The position numbers and the translations under genes were made by a program. A stretch of 39,915 nt of DNA from the NCBI GenBank assembly GCA_036804585.1, contig DAIRSC010000001.1, positions 1-39,915 on the forward strand. Direction: 5' to 3'. The number at the start of each line of letters is the position of its first letter. Within the stretch, counting starts at the first letter, position 1. Below are positions 29,901 through 36,101 of the stretch, piece by piece. Origin of the DNA: Chitinophagaceae bacterium. GTDB taxonomy: Bacteria; Bacteroidota; Bacteroidia; Chitinophagales; Chitinophagaceae. The notes below the pieces were generated by a model, which ran no database searches, was not told the origin of the DNA, and saw nothing but the letters and a program-made list of their open reading frames with translations.

Positions 29901-29979
29901 TAATAAGCTGTGATATTTTTTGCGATACAGCACGGATCCCGCTAAAGAGCAGTATGAGTACGATGAGATGTTTTTTCAT
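23458..29979 (-). CDS. Very large (2173 aa) alpha-2-macroglobulin-like protein lacking the thioester cysteine, with internal CarboxypepD_reg-like and TonB-plug-like segments
   Basis: Signal peptide MKKHLIVLILLFSGIRAVSQ (ATG at 29979). A2M block FSDVGFWKPNMISNKQGKIGFTLKLPDNITTWKTF. GFVEQT stands where the CxEQ thioester would be. Two CarboxypepD_reg-like beta-sandwiches (…NANGLFEILDAIPGSYQVKLYHPSY; …TDQFGNYTIKPLPQGKYTLKVAYPGF). Confidence 0.8.
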   Translation of the reverse strand: MKKHLIVLILLFSGIRAVSQKISQLITQDTITYVYKLDYAQSKYVLKHRTIHDTSFLFTRKFREYPQNKFKTDTLPNGNYISATITDHRVNYTYTVVTPFVMSTKVLKEEVFIFLFDKKSKALIKNAKIELDGKPIPYDQGCGGYSVLKKDFDQQKIDRGNVFLKVSYDAEVYAFQFSLSNQPEAKPNPDYYNNTQAELNSPGYLILDKPLYRPLDTLNLKAFLVNFKNGKPLRQKVILSITEADSDFRFSKTIKKKTRGAYFYQWNIQDTLKIDRSYTVRLRYEKLGRRLVKQSSFRLSEYELAKNVFDVDIHSPNFYAGDDVLFYVTAKDMNGFPVQGAQVHCEIQLLQVMNLFQDSLSISQEKRNNWYQMDTVIEYENFASYRIPSDIFPNVNGQYNLNVTITDPVSFEKKSFTKTFTKLAQTEKVLFYQDADSLRLHVLYNGKDTTRQFTLITLRDKDTLTKIKVTSPYACQLDPMTTSAFIIDKDSNLKSVNIIYNKLEMLHVKGKRNGDSVQISFQYPFTEPVHYRIYKKDKLVKSGETSRLNYTIADQSLDQYRLLITSHLQSGIENNFYEFLFVPEKNKLHFETTLPKQALPGDSMAVEMTVKDFKNRARKGVNMTVYAVNKAFAENIQAPFIQVPERYQNRVEIKPLESKGIANLFSQSFNANHLLKNVHFTRFNLHKNEYYRLRHPENEISVIPVKKQFSNPEFSLFLTHQSNLMSPKYILVDGQPVYISDVNKDEIYSFAIPTGKHRIAFRYFNKLYEMPEQQFSANTKYLFGINIDSIRKMNSWFKITDSLPPLEPNLQEKELLYPTLLLTNTFPSDSVYIQSENLNHLKKYYNGYRMNVMNIDGDNYFVQGPFDKHTMITLVRNNKSFPLKTGVETVYHFDEVLKEFKAKNMGKIKGAFLPFMERNLTIAQVNQMLQPDTLLPEPQKAEFTYKPKTEEALRDKSEDEEYFYQSFQSAAQGTPFYVWVENTCDTQFIKSMWIVSKTRFEVADFTQTVPRQVHTFTKMASEETYDIYLFLNKNRMKVLRDQHYSPYSHLYLNPRYLRTEAFSKEKIEIPLKIFSELHAVPLLPFYDAPYDAPEKIKKEESTRNNLYIHGMITAEDQQPLEGTLVYLEMNGVFKYGALTNANGLFEILDAIPGSYQVKLYHPSYKVSHYKSMLFEAKSAYLLNASMVAKEISHPVFETIHNDFRLMAFHDHEQANILRIVMHEKESRNLLENYQILLYRHGQVILTIPSTGKYTDIPFLADDGEMYSVEIRKPGYTTLRLNNFVFKAHYYLLLEGFSGLQKKEILTAKEFNLNLDALPTLEKEISTNSDRVRIYDKGIGKAGEFFGQISDETGNPLDYATVQVFEGAMLRGGAKTDQFGNYTIKPLPQGKYTLKVAYPGFSSHLVQNILLGVNKRISIDIRMERKSKELNGVVITANKTRLIDASSPGNKSMTSSYSGIATSPTIVVNDAAAPTYYNATISTESLSIGGGRSSSTQYMLDGVMLRDEQEKKSIASSEANKRFENATPTYADVEMIDRVAQNKNVSTTRKNFSDVGFWKPNMISNKQGKIGFTLKLPDNITTWKTFMLGMGKGWMHGIDSAEIKVYKPIQTIVTVSNYLYKGDQLRSKIKYQNLTKDPLDLHVDGSINGKESFNRKVRVQHTYLDSMEVNASSLDSITYLAGLRYQEHYKDYERYQIPVFSPALIFHTNQSMLMEQDSTYELHIKPNTKGEIIFNNNLMEKIMAGVDELNDYEYGFVEQTASKLNAMLSKNYILIAMKQTALPNKRINALLGQLADMQNTDGSFGWWKRNGSNDRMTIYAMEVAHKALQAGYMNTIFNSANSYVLTHFKNMSISDKIYAYHVLLNAKTNSQETDQLYANIPVDQLSGTDKIYLYQNKRILGQSVVESDVYAVFLELNRNLSQPYTDNFFYDHRADVYKAYRLFKGSAYESSFIKLFKARLMNGQLEKNMNTYAKVAMIEALTMAALSDGSKPIPSTLTINDTLVIQQYPTRIPISGSRYKIKHQGGDVFVNTSEEQRSETPDISDSVFSIRTYFLQGTNNTTSGKDALKIGEACAFKIDLQAYKKAEHVMIEIPIPSGMKIKNKETHSSKGYYVKYFKHKVVYYFENLSMGTHQLEISLTPVFAGRYVVAPAKISLMYYPFVYGNTARKEIEIR

Positions 29980-30033
29980 ATGCTTCAAATTTTTATACAG
30001 ATGCAGAATAAGGGTATATTCTTTATCCGGCTT

Positions 30034-30041
30034 CAAAATTA
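30034..30041 (-). promoter_or_regulatory. Bacteroidota -7 box candidate for the A2M-like gene
   Basis: The minus strand reads TAATTTTG, an exact match to TAnnTTTG, 54 nt upstream of the ATG at 29979. No well-spaced -33 TTTG was seen. Confidence 0.25.
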
Positions 30042-30229
30042 TTTGAATATTCAAAGGTCTGTGAAAGATTGCGTTTGGTCAGTACTTAATTTGGGTGAAT
30101 CACTGATCTTTTTCAAAAACCTGATTTTTACAGTGAAAATGCACCTTTTGAGCGCAAGAAGAAAGCTTGAATGAAGTCCTTGTGAAATACAAGAGACCTT
30201 GAACAACTTAATTTATCATCCAGTAGCTT

Positions 30230-30248
30230 ACTTGCTATTAAAGCAAGT
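30230..30248 (-). terminator. Hairpin downstream of the A2M 3-prime remnant
   Basis: ACTTGCT (30230-30236) and AGCAAGT (30242-30248) form a 7-bp perfect inverted repeat with a 5-nt loop, ~50 nt past the remnant stop on the minus strand. There is no clear T-run. Confidence 0.2.
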
Positions 30249-30277
30249 TAGAGAGTTTCATTTCTTGTCTTCAGAAC

Positions 30278-30777
30278 AATCATAGATACCTGCCACTATC
30301 TGATCTTAATCTCTTTTCTGCCCGTATTTCCATACACAAACGGATAATACATCAATGAAATCTTAGCCGGAGCAACCACATAGCGCCCGGCAAAAACCGG
30401 AGTTAAGGATATTTCGAGTTGATGGGTTCCCATAGACAGGTTTTCGAAATAGTAAACCACTTTGTGTTTGAAGTATTTTACATAATAGCCCTTGCTAGAA
30501 TGGGTCTCCTTGTTTTTAATCTTCATGCCCGAGGGTATCGGAATTTCTATCATCACGTGTTCCGCTTTTTTATAGGCTTGCAGATCTATCTTGAATGCAC
30601 AAGCCTCACCTATTTTTAATGCATCCTTTCCACTCGTAGTGTTGTTCGTGCCTTGCAGAAAATAGGTGCGAATAGAAAACACAGAATCTGAAATGTCCGG
30701 TGTTTCACTGCGCTGTTCTTCGGATGTATTCACAAACACATCTCCTCCCTGATGTTTTATTTTATATCGGCTGCCAC
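30278..30777 (-). repeat. Direct repeat, copy B
   Basis: See copy A. Identity stops abruptly at 30777. Confidence 0.9.
30296..30777 (-). pseudogene. 5-prime-truncated remnant of an A2M-like gene (last ~160 codons)
   Basis: It encodes ...GGSRYKIKHQGGDVFVNTSEEQ...GNTGRKEIKIR, matching the C-terminus of the 2173-aa protein. It has no ATG and no signal peptide (the track start is a GTG inside the homologous region). The upstream frame is unrelated sequence closed by a TAA. Confidence 0.75.
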
Positions 30778-30832
30778 CTGTTTCAGACCAGTCTATATTT
30801 CGCTCATCGCATACAATGTCAATCAGGAAAAG

Positions 30833-31381
30833 TTCTTGAATGGAAATACTTATAAAGCCAAATGTTACCCTTTCCGCAAAAAAATCAACAATCTTAAACC
30901 AATCAATGTGATACGGTTCAGGTCAATTTTTATCTAGTGGTGTATTCATATGATCAGCTGTATACCTGCAAAGGGATTGTGCAAACCAATGGATTGCTCA
31001 GTTGTGAACTACCCACCAGCCTTGGAGGGAAATTCTTATGATCTATCTGTAAAACATCGGAATAGTATTGAAACAGGGAGTGTAATTCCAGTCCTGATCA
31101 CATTCACAAATTCCAGCTACGATTTTTCTGTACAGGCATCAAAAGCATTCGGTGCCAATCAAATTGAAATGGTAGCCGGCATTTTTGCGATCTACAGCGG
31201 CGACATCAACCAGGATGGATTGATTGATGGCCTTGACTTTAACGATTGGGAAAATAATAATAATAATTTTGCAGTCGGTTATTTAAACACCGACCTCAAT
31301 GGAGACGGTGTTACAGATGGCCTTGATTTTATTTTCTGTAAAATGAACAGCACTCTATTTGCAGGCGTGATAGCCCCATGA
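30833..31381 (+). pseudogene. 5-prime-truncated, frameshifted remnant of a paralog of the dockerin-bearing 1210-aa protein
   Basis: Homology to aa ~1020-1210 of the 9570-13202 product is spread over three reading-frame segments. These are FLNGNTYKAK...INNL (frame 2), CDTVQV...IVQTNGLLSCELP...GGK ending at the TGA at 31039-31041 (frame 1), and SYDLSVKHRNSIETGS...DINQDGLIDGLDF...DLNGDGVTDGLDF (frame 2). The 5-prime boundary is approximate. Confidence 0.7.
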
Positions 31382-31420
31382 ATACTCCGCCTTAAAACAC
31401 CTGAACGCATTATGAAAATT

Positions 31421-31455
31421 TTTGCATCCCCTTAAAGGGTTTGAAATTATATTTG
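31421..31455 (+). promoter_or_regulatory. Candidate Bacteroidota promoter (-33 TTTG, -7 TATATTTG) for the EnvC-like gene
   Basis: TTTG at 31421-31424 and TATATTTG (TAnnTTTG) at 31448-31455, with 23 nt between them, ~48 nt upstream of the start at 31503. Confidence 0.3.
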
Positions 31456-31502
31456 TGCACCTTGCTTCCTGAGAATATGAAGCGGGTGCAATATTTCCAG
31501 GA

Positions 31503-33374
31503 TTGAAAAAAATTGGCACATACCTTTTATTGATTTTCCTCTTCGCAGGTGTTGTAGCCAATGCACAGAAAAATAAAAACCAAAGTCGGGAACAACTGGA
31601 AAATCAGCGACTTCTCATTCTTGAAGAAATCAAACGCACCCAGGAACAACTCACCTTGCTCCGTAAAGATAAAAAGGCATCACTCAGCGAATTACAAGCC
31701 CTGCAAACCAAACTTGGTGCCCGTCAAGAGTTGATCCAGAATATTAACAAGGAAATCAGCATCATCGAAGAAAACATCAATCTGACCAACCGGGATGTAA
31801 TGGTGCTTAAAACTCAACTAGATACGTTAAAAAAACAGTACGCTGAAATGGTCCGGTATACGTATAAAAATCGCACATCGTCGGATATGATTGTGTTTTT
31901 ATTTTCGGCAGCTTCTTTCAATGATGCCATCCGACGTTTACAATATGTAAAACAATACCGGAATTATCGCGCTGATCAGGCCATCAAAATCACCTCTGCC
32001 AGCAAACAACTCAGTAATAAAATCACGGTTCTCAATATTCAAAAACAGAAAAAGGATTTCGTGCTGACTGCACAACAACAACAAACAAAGATTCTTGAAG
32101 CGGAAACCGCCGAAAAAGATAAAATCGTCACCCAACTGAAAGGAAAGGAAAAAGAACTCATTGCCGGACTTGCCCAAAAAAAGAAGGCAGCCGATGATTT
32201 AAACCGTGCCATCTCAGCAGCTATCCGTAAAGAAATTGAACTGGCCCGAAACCGTGCCATCGAAGAGAAGATGCGCGAACAAAGAGCTTTGAAAGCCAAA
32301 CAGGAACAGGAGAAAAAGCTGGCTGCCCAAAAGAAAGCGGAGCAACTTGCATTGAGTTTCAAATTAAAACAGGAAGAAGAAGCTCGCAAACTGGAAGAAG
32401 CCCAGAAAAAACAAGTTGAAAAAGAAAAACAGGCACTCCTTGAAAAACAAAAACGTGAGGAAAATGAACGCAAACTCAATCAGGAAAAAAAGGAACGCGA
32501 ACAACGAGAACGTCAATTAGAAGCTGATCGTAAAGCCCGTCTTGAAAATGAACGTAAAGCTTCCAAACTGACAGAAGCGCAGCGGATCGAAAAGGAAAAA
32601 CAATTGGCTGTTGAAAAACAAAAACAGGAAGAACGCGAAAAGCAATTAGCCCAGGAAAAACAAAAACAAGAAGAACGTCAACGACAATTATTTGCACAAA
32701 AGCAACGTCAGGAAGAAGAACAACGAAATCTGATAGAGGAGAAAAAACGACAGGATCGTGAGCAAGCCCGCTTGGCAAGTAAAACAACTTTTAATAATCC
32801 CCGTTATGTGCCCACCCTTGCCGAAAAGCAAAAACAAGAAGAAGCCAAAGCCACTGCATTGCGCATCGGTGAAGAGGAAAAGGCACCTCCTACAAAATCA
32901 TTCACCAGCGATGATTACAAATACGCTTTAACACCCGCAGAGCGAGAACTCACAAATAGTTTTGAAGCGAACAAAGGTCGTTTGCCATGGCCCGTTGAAA
33001 AAGGATATATCATTGAACATTTTGGAAAAAATAAACATCCGCTGTTTAATATCACCACCGAAAATTATGGCATTGATATTAAAACCAGCCGGGGTGCAGG
33101 AGCCAGGACCATCTTTGCCGGTGAGGTTAATTCCGTGATTAATATTCCGGGTATGGGGCAAACAGTGCTCATTAATCATGGAACCTTTTATACCGTTTAT
33201 GCAAAATTAGCCAAGGTAAATGTGGCCAAAGGAAGTAAAGTAAGCATGAAACAATCCATCGGAACAATATTAACCGATGATGAAGGCAATACGCAAATTC
33301 ATTTTGAAATATGGAAGGTAGGTGCTAACGGGCAGCCGTTTAAAGTGAATCCAGAACAATGGGTGGCCCAATAA
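31503..33374 (+). CDS. EnvC-like murein hydrolase activator: signal peptide, long coiled coil with a K/E/Q-rich low-complexity tract, degenerate C-terminal LytM (M23) domain
   Basis: TTG start (MKKIGTYLLLIFLFAGVVANA). Heptad-like coiled coil. The M23 fold block is YGIDIKT...GQTVLINHG..YTVYAKL...QIHFEIW, with N, K and Q at the positions of three canonical His residues. Confidence 0.8.
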   Translation: MKKIGTYLLLIFLFAGVVANAQKNKNQSREQLENQRLLILEEIKRTQEQLTLLRKDKKASLSELQALQTKLGARQELIQNINKEISIIEENINLTNRDVMVLKTQLDTLKKQYAEMVRYTYKNRTSSDMIVFLFSAASFNDAIRRLQYVKQYRNYRADQAIKITSASKQLSNKITVLNIQKQKKDFVLTAQQQQTKILEAETAEKDKIVTQLKGKEKELIAGLAQKKKAADDLNRAISAAIRKEIELARNRAIEEKMREQRALKAKQEQEKKLAAQKKAEQLALSFKLKQEEEARKLEEAQKKQVEKEKQALLEKQKREENERKLNQEKKEREQRERQLEADRKARLENERKASKLTEAQRIEKEKQLAVEKQKQEEREKQLAQEKQKQEERQRQLFAQKQRQEEEQRNLIEEKKRQDREQARLASKTTFNNPRYVPTLAEKQKQEEAKATALRIGEEEKAPPTKSFTSDDYKYALTPAERELTNSFEANKGRLPWPVEKGYIIEHFGKNKHPLFNITTENYGIDIKTSRGAGARTIFAGEVNSVINIPGMGQTVLINHGTFYTVYAKLAKVNVAKGSKVSMKQSIGTILTDDEGNTQIHFEIWKVGANGQPFKVNPEQWVAQ

Positions 33375-33395
33375 TGCAAACAACGCCTAAGGCCT

Positions 33396-33704
33396 TCATT
33401 CCTGCACTGAAAAATGATACGAACGTTCAATCTTACAAATATGAATTCGATACCATTTGTACCATTCTCGTTGGCCTCTGGTTTGGGCTTCAATATGGTC
33501 TGACTGCTTTTTCCATTCCTGTATGGATGCCAAATTTTCCCAATAGGAAATAGATATGCCGATATCACTGCGTGCACTCTCAAAACCCAGGAAACCCTTC
33601 TGTGTGCGGGCTAAGTCCAATATTTCTTTAGCCATAGATTGATATCCGGGATCATCGCCTTTAAGTTGGGAAATAAAAATTACAGCATAAGTTCCGATAT
33701 TCAT
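33396..33704 (-). CDS. Antibiotic biosynthesis monooxygenase (ABM) domain protein
   Basis: ~102 aa. YAVIFISQLK...GFLGFESAR...SISYWENLASIQEWK is the usual ABM ferredoxin-like pattern. Confidence 0.7.
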   Translation of the reverse strand: MNIGTYAVIFISQLKGDDPGYQSMAKEILDLARTQKGFLGFESARSDIGISISYWENLASIQEWKKQSDHIEAQTRGQREWYKWYRIHICKIERSYHFSVQE

Positions 33705-33714
33705 ACATCTCGGT

Positions 33715-35136
33715 TTATTGTTTTTGGAAACTGCTTATTCCCTGTTGTTGCTTTTCAAGATCAGTTACACGAAGCATGTAAAGACCTTGTGGAAGCGATT
33801 CAACATCGATGGTAAAGTTATTCGCCAAGCCGCTCCATTGAGTTTGTTTTTGTAATATTCGGCCATTGACATCCAAAACTTCCATGTGAATTTGGCGGCT
33901 ATTTGAATACAGGAGACGAATATTTAACTGATTTTGAGTGGGCACCGGATATAATTCAAATGAGCGATTATTCATACTCACATCATTCAAACCAACAGTA
34001 AATGATTGATAATAATAAAAGTCTCGGCTGACTGGTTCAAAGGCGGCTCCATTGTGAATTTCTTTTTGCATGAAGATGAGTGAATCCAAGACGTTATAGG
34101 CCATTTGTCTTTTTCCACTCAGGATCCAGGCAGAGCCATTTCCACTATATTCCAGTACTTCTGTGAGCTGTGTGCCATTATAGCTATAGGTATTCCTGAA
34201 ATCATTGCTCCACGAACCGGAAAAATTTTCACGATAATCTTCGGCTAATTCATCGGAAGCATTGTATAAATATTTGTGTCTGTTCAAATTCTGCCAGGCA
34301 CCACTCCATAATTCGGTTTTAATCAGGTCGATTTGATCGGTGGGCGTATACACATAAGAAACACGACTATTATTCTGCCATGCCGAAGAGGCGGTATCCC
34401 AGGTTTGATAGAGGCTTTCGTTTTTTAAAAAAGGGTTGGTGCTATAATTGTGTAAAGTGCGATTATTTGCGGTCCATACATCCATCCAGTTTGGCAGCGA
34501 AACGGTTATCGAAGACAGAGAATCCTGATTATAAGCATACGAAAGCCGCTCAAATTTTTTCCAACTCTGACTCAGGGTATTCCAGTTAAACTTATCGGAT
34601 GATTGCACTTTTCCGTTGGTGATGATGCGCTGGGTTTTACTCATATTCGTCCATGCGCCCCCCAACCAATTGCTCACCAGTTCATCCGTAAACAATCCAT
34701 TGGAATATCCGGAATAGACAATTTTTCCGGTTGGTGCCCAGGTTGTTCCATTCCAAACATCATACAGGATTTGCGTTACATTTCCGGACCCATCGTAACT
34801 ATAGCTGTAACGGGTATTATTGGTCCAACTGCCGGATATCCAGTTTTCCCGAAGTTGAACAGTTACCCGGTCTGAGGCATCCAGCGTAAAGGTGTATCGA
34901 AAAAAGGGATCCCAATTGGAGCCATTCGCTTTGAGTTGATTACGCATGGTTAGCGCCGCCTGGGTATTATAGGCGAATTCAATGGAATCAACTCCTTGCC
35001 ATACATTTCCACTGAAGTTGTCGCGACGTTGTGCGATTCTTCGTTGTACTTGTGTTTGTGACAGGGCTGTAAAATCATACAAGCACTGCAACAAAAAGAA
35101 GGCTATTAAAAATGAACGATTAGCCATAGAGTTCAT
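33715..35136 (-). CDS. Secreted repeat protein with type-A T9SS C-terminal sorting domain
   Basis: Start taken at MNSMANRSFLIAFFLLQ (35136; 35127 is an alternative). At least 7 tandem ~45-aa units carry W-x-N-x-x-R-x-x-Y-x-Y (for example WTNNTRYSYSYDGSGNV, WQNNSRVSYVYTP, WSNDFRNTYSYNG). C-terminal CTD FELYPVPTQNQLNI...VLDVNGRIL...GLYMLRV. Confidence 0.8.
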   Translation of the reverse strand: MNSMANRSFLIAFFLLQCLYDFTALSQTQVQRRIAQRRDNFSGNVWQGVDSIEFAYNTQAALTMRNQLKANGSNWDPFFRYTFTLDASDRVTVQLRENWISGSWTNNTRYSYSYDGSGNVTQILYDVWNGTTWAPTGKIVYSGYSNGLFTDELVSNWLGGAWTNMSKTQRIITNGKVQSSDKFNWNTLSQSWKKFERLSYAYNQDSLSSITVSLPNWMDVWTANNRTLHNYSTNPFLKNESLYQTWDTASSAWQNNSRVSYVYTPTDQIDLIKTELWSGAWQNLNRHKYLYNASDELAEDYRENFSGSWSNDFRNTYSYNGTQLTEVLEYSGNGSAWILSGKRQMAYNVLDSLIFMQKEIHNGAAFEPVSRDFYYYQSFTVGLNDVSMNNRSFELYPVPTQNQLNIRLLYSNSRQIHMEVLDVNGRILQKQTQWSGLANNFTIDVESLPQGLYMLRVTDLEKQQQGISSFQKQ

Positions 35137-35833
35137 AATGAATTTGCGTTTTATCATACCCCATTTCATGTAAGCGGGTTTTGGCTTCATCGATCATCAT
35201 TCTCCATCCGCATAACAAAAAGTGGGCATGGGGTTTGTCGGCCGCCAGTTCCTGATAAACAGCATGTACATACCCTTGTCGACCTGCCCATGCTTCGCGT
35301 GATAATACCGGAATAAATTGAAAAGTGAGCATTTTTTCCTCCAGTTGTTTTAATTCCTCATAATAGAGTAAATCCTTTTGAGATCGGGTTCCAAAAATGA
35401 GATAAATATTCTGGGTATGAATTTGATGGTTGTACAAATAATGAATCATACTACGAAATGGTGCAATACCCGTGCCGGTACAAATCATAAAATAGTCGTG
35501 GGTCATGGATTCCGGCAAAACAAATACCCCTGCAGGGCCCCGAAACAACAAGTTATCTCCAACACCCACATTCCTAAACAAATGATTGGTGCCCAGTCCA
35601 TCATCTACCAATACAATCAATAACTCAAAGATGTTTGTTCCATCCGGGGTGGAAGCGATGGAATAGCTCCGCCATCTTTTATTTTTCTTTTCATGGATAG
35701 GAAGATCCAGGGTGACGAATTGCCCCGGTTTATAATCAAATACCGGTTCGGGGCTTTGTATAAAAAACCGACGGGTATTATAAGTCTCATCAATGATTGA
35801 CACCACCTTGCCTTCGAGCCAGTTGAGATTCAT
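35120..35833 (-). CDS. FNR-family FAD/NAD(P)H oxidoreductase (Fre / ferredoxin-NADP reductase-like)
   Basis: FAD-binding RSYSIAS motif and NAD(P)-binding ICTGTGIAPFRSM motif, ~237 aa with no iron-sulfur domain. The 3-prime end overlaps the start of the downstream T9SS gene by 8-17 nt. Confidence 0.8.
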   Translation of the reverse strand: MNLNWLEGKVVSIIDETYNTRRFFIQSPEPVFDYKPGQFVTLDLPIHEKKNKRWRSYSIASTPDGTNIFELLIVLVDDGLGTNHLFRNVGVGDNLLFRGPAGVFVLPESMTHDYFMICTGTGIAPFRSMIHYLYNHQIHTQNIYLIFGTRSQKDLLYYEELKQLEEKMLTFQFIPVLSREAWAGRQGYVHAVYQELAADKPHAHFLLCGWRMMIDEAKTRLHEMGYDKTQIHYELYG

Positions 35834-36101
35834 GGAGTATTAAAGTTAAGCTAAGTTAACGACAGATTTTGCAATTGAACTATAAAATCTACCTTGGGCT
35901 CATGTGAAAGTTAGTTTGCATGAGATAAACAGCGGCACTTTGATAGAAACAAGAGCATACATTTTTACTAGAGTGGCTATTTATTTAAATTATTTCGAAT
36001 TCCTCTTGGAGTCTTCAATTCAGGTGAAATCCAACCAAGAATTTTTATAACCTGCTACAAATCACTTCACTGGAGTATATTAGCTCGACGAAAATTTTGC
36101 T

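Noticed and set aside
32039-32787. Long minus-strand ORFs (146 aa Ser/Cys/Phe-rich; 103 aa) opposite the EnvC-like gene
   Set aside because: These are mirror-image artefacts of the GAA/AAG-rich coiled-coil coding tract, with implausible low-complexity composition.
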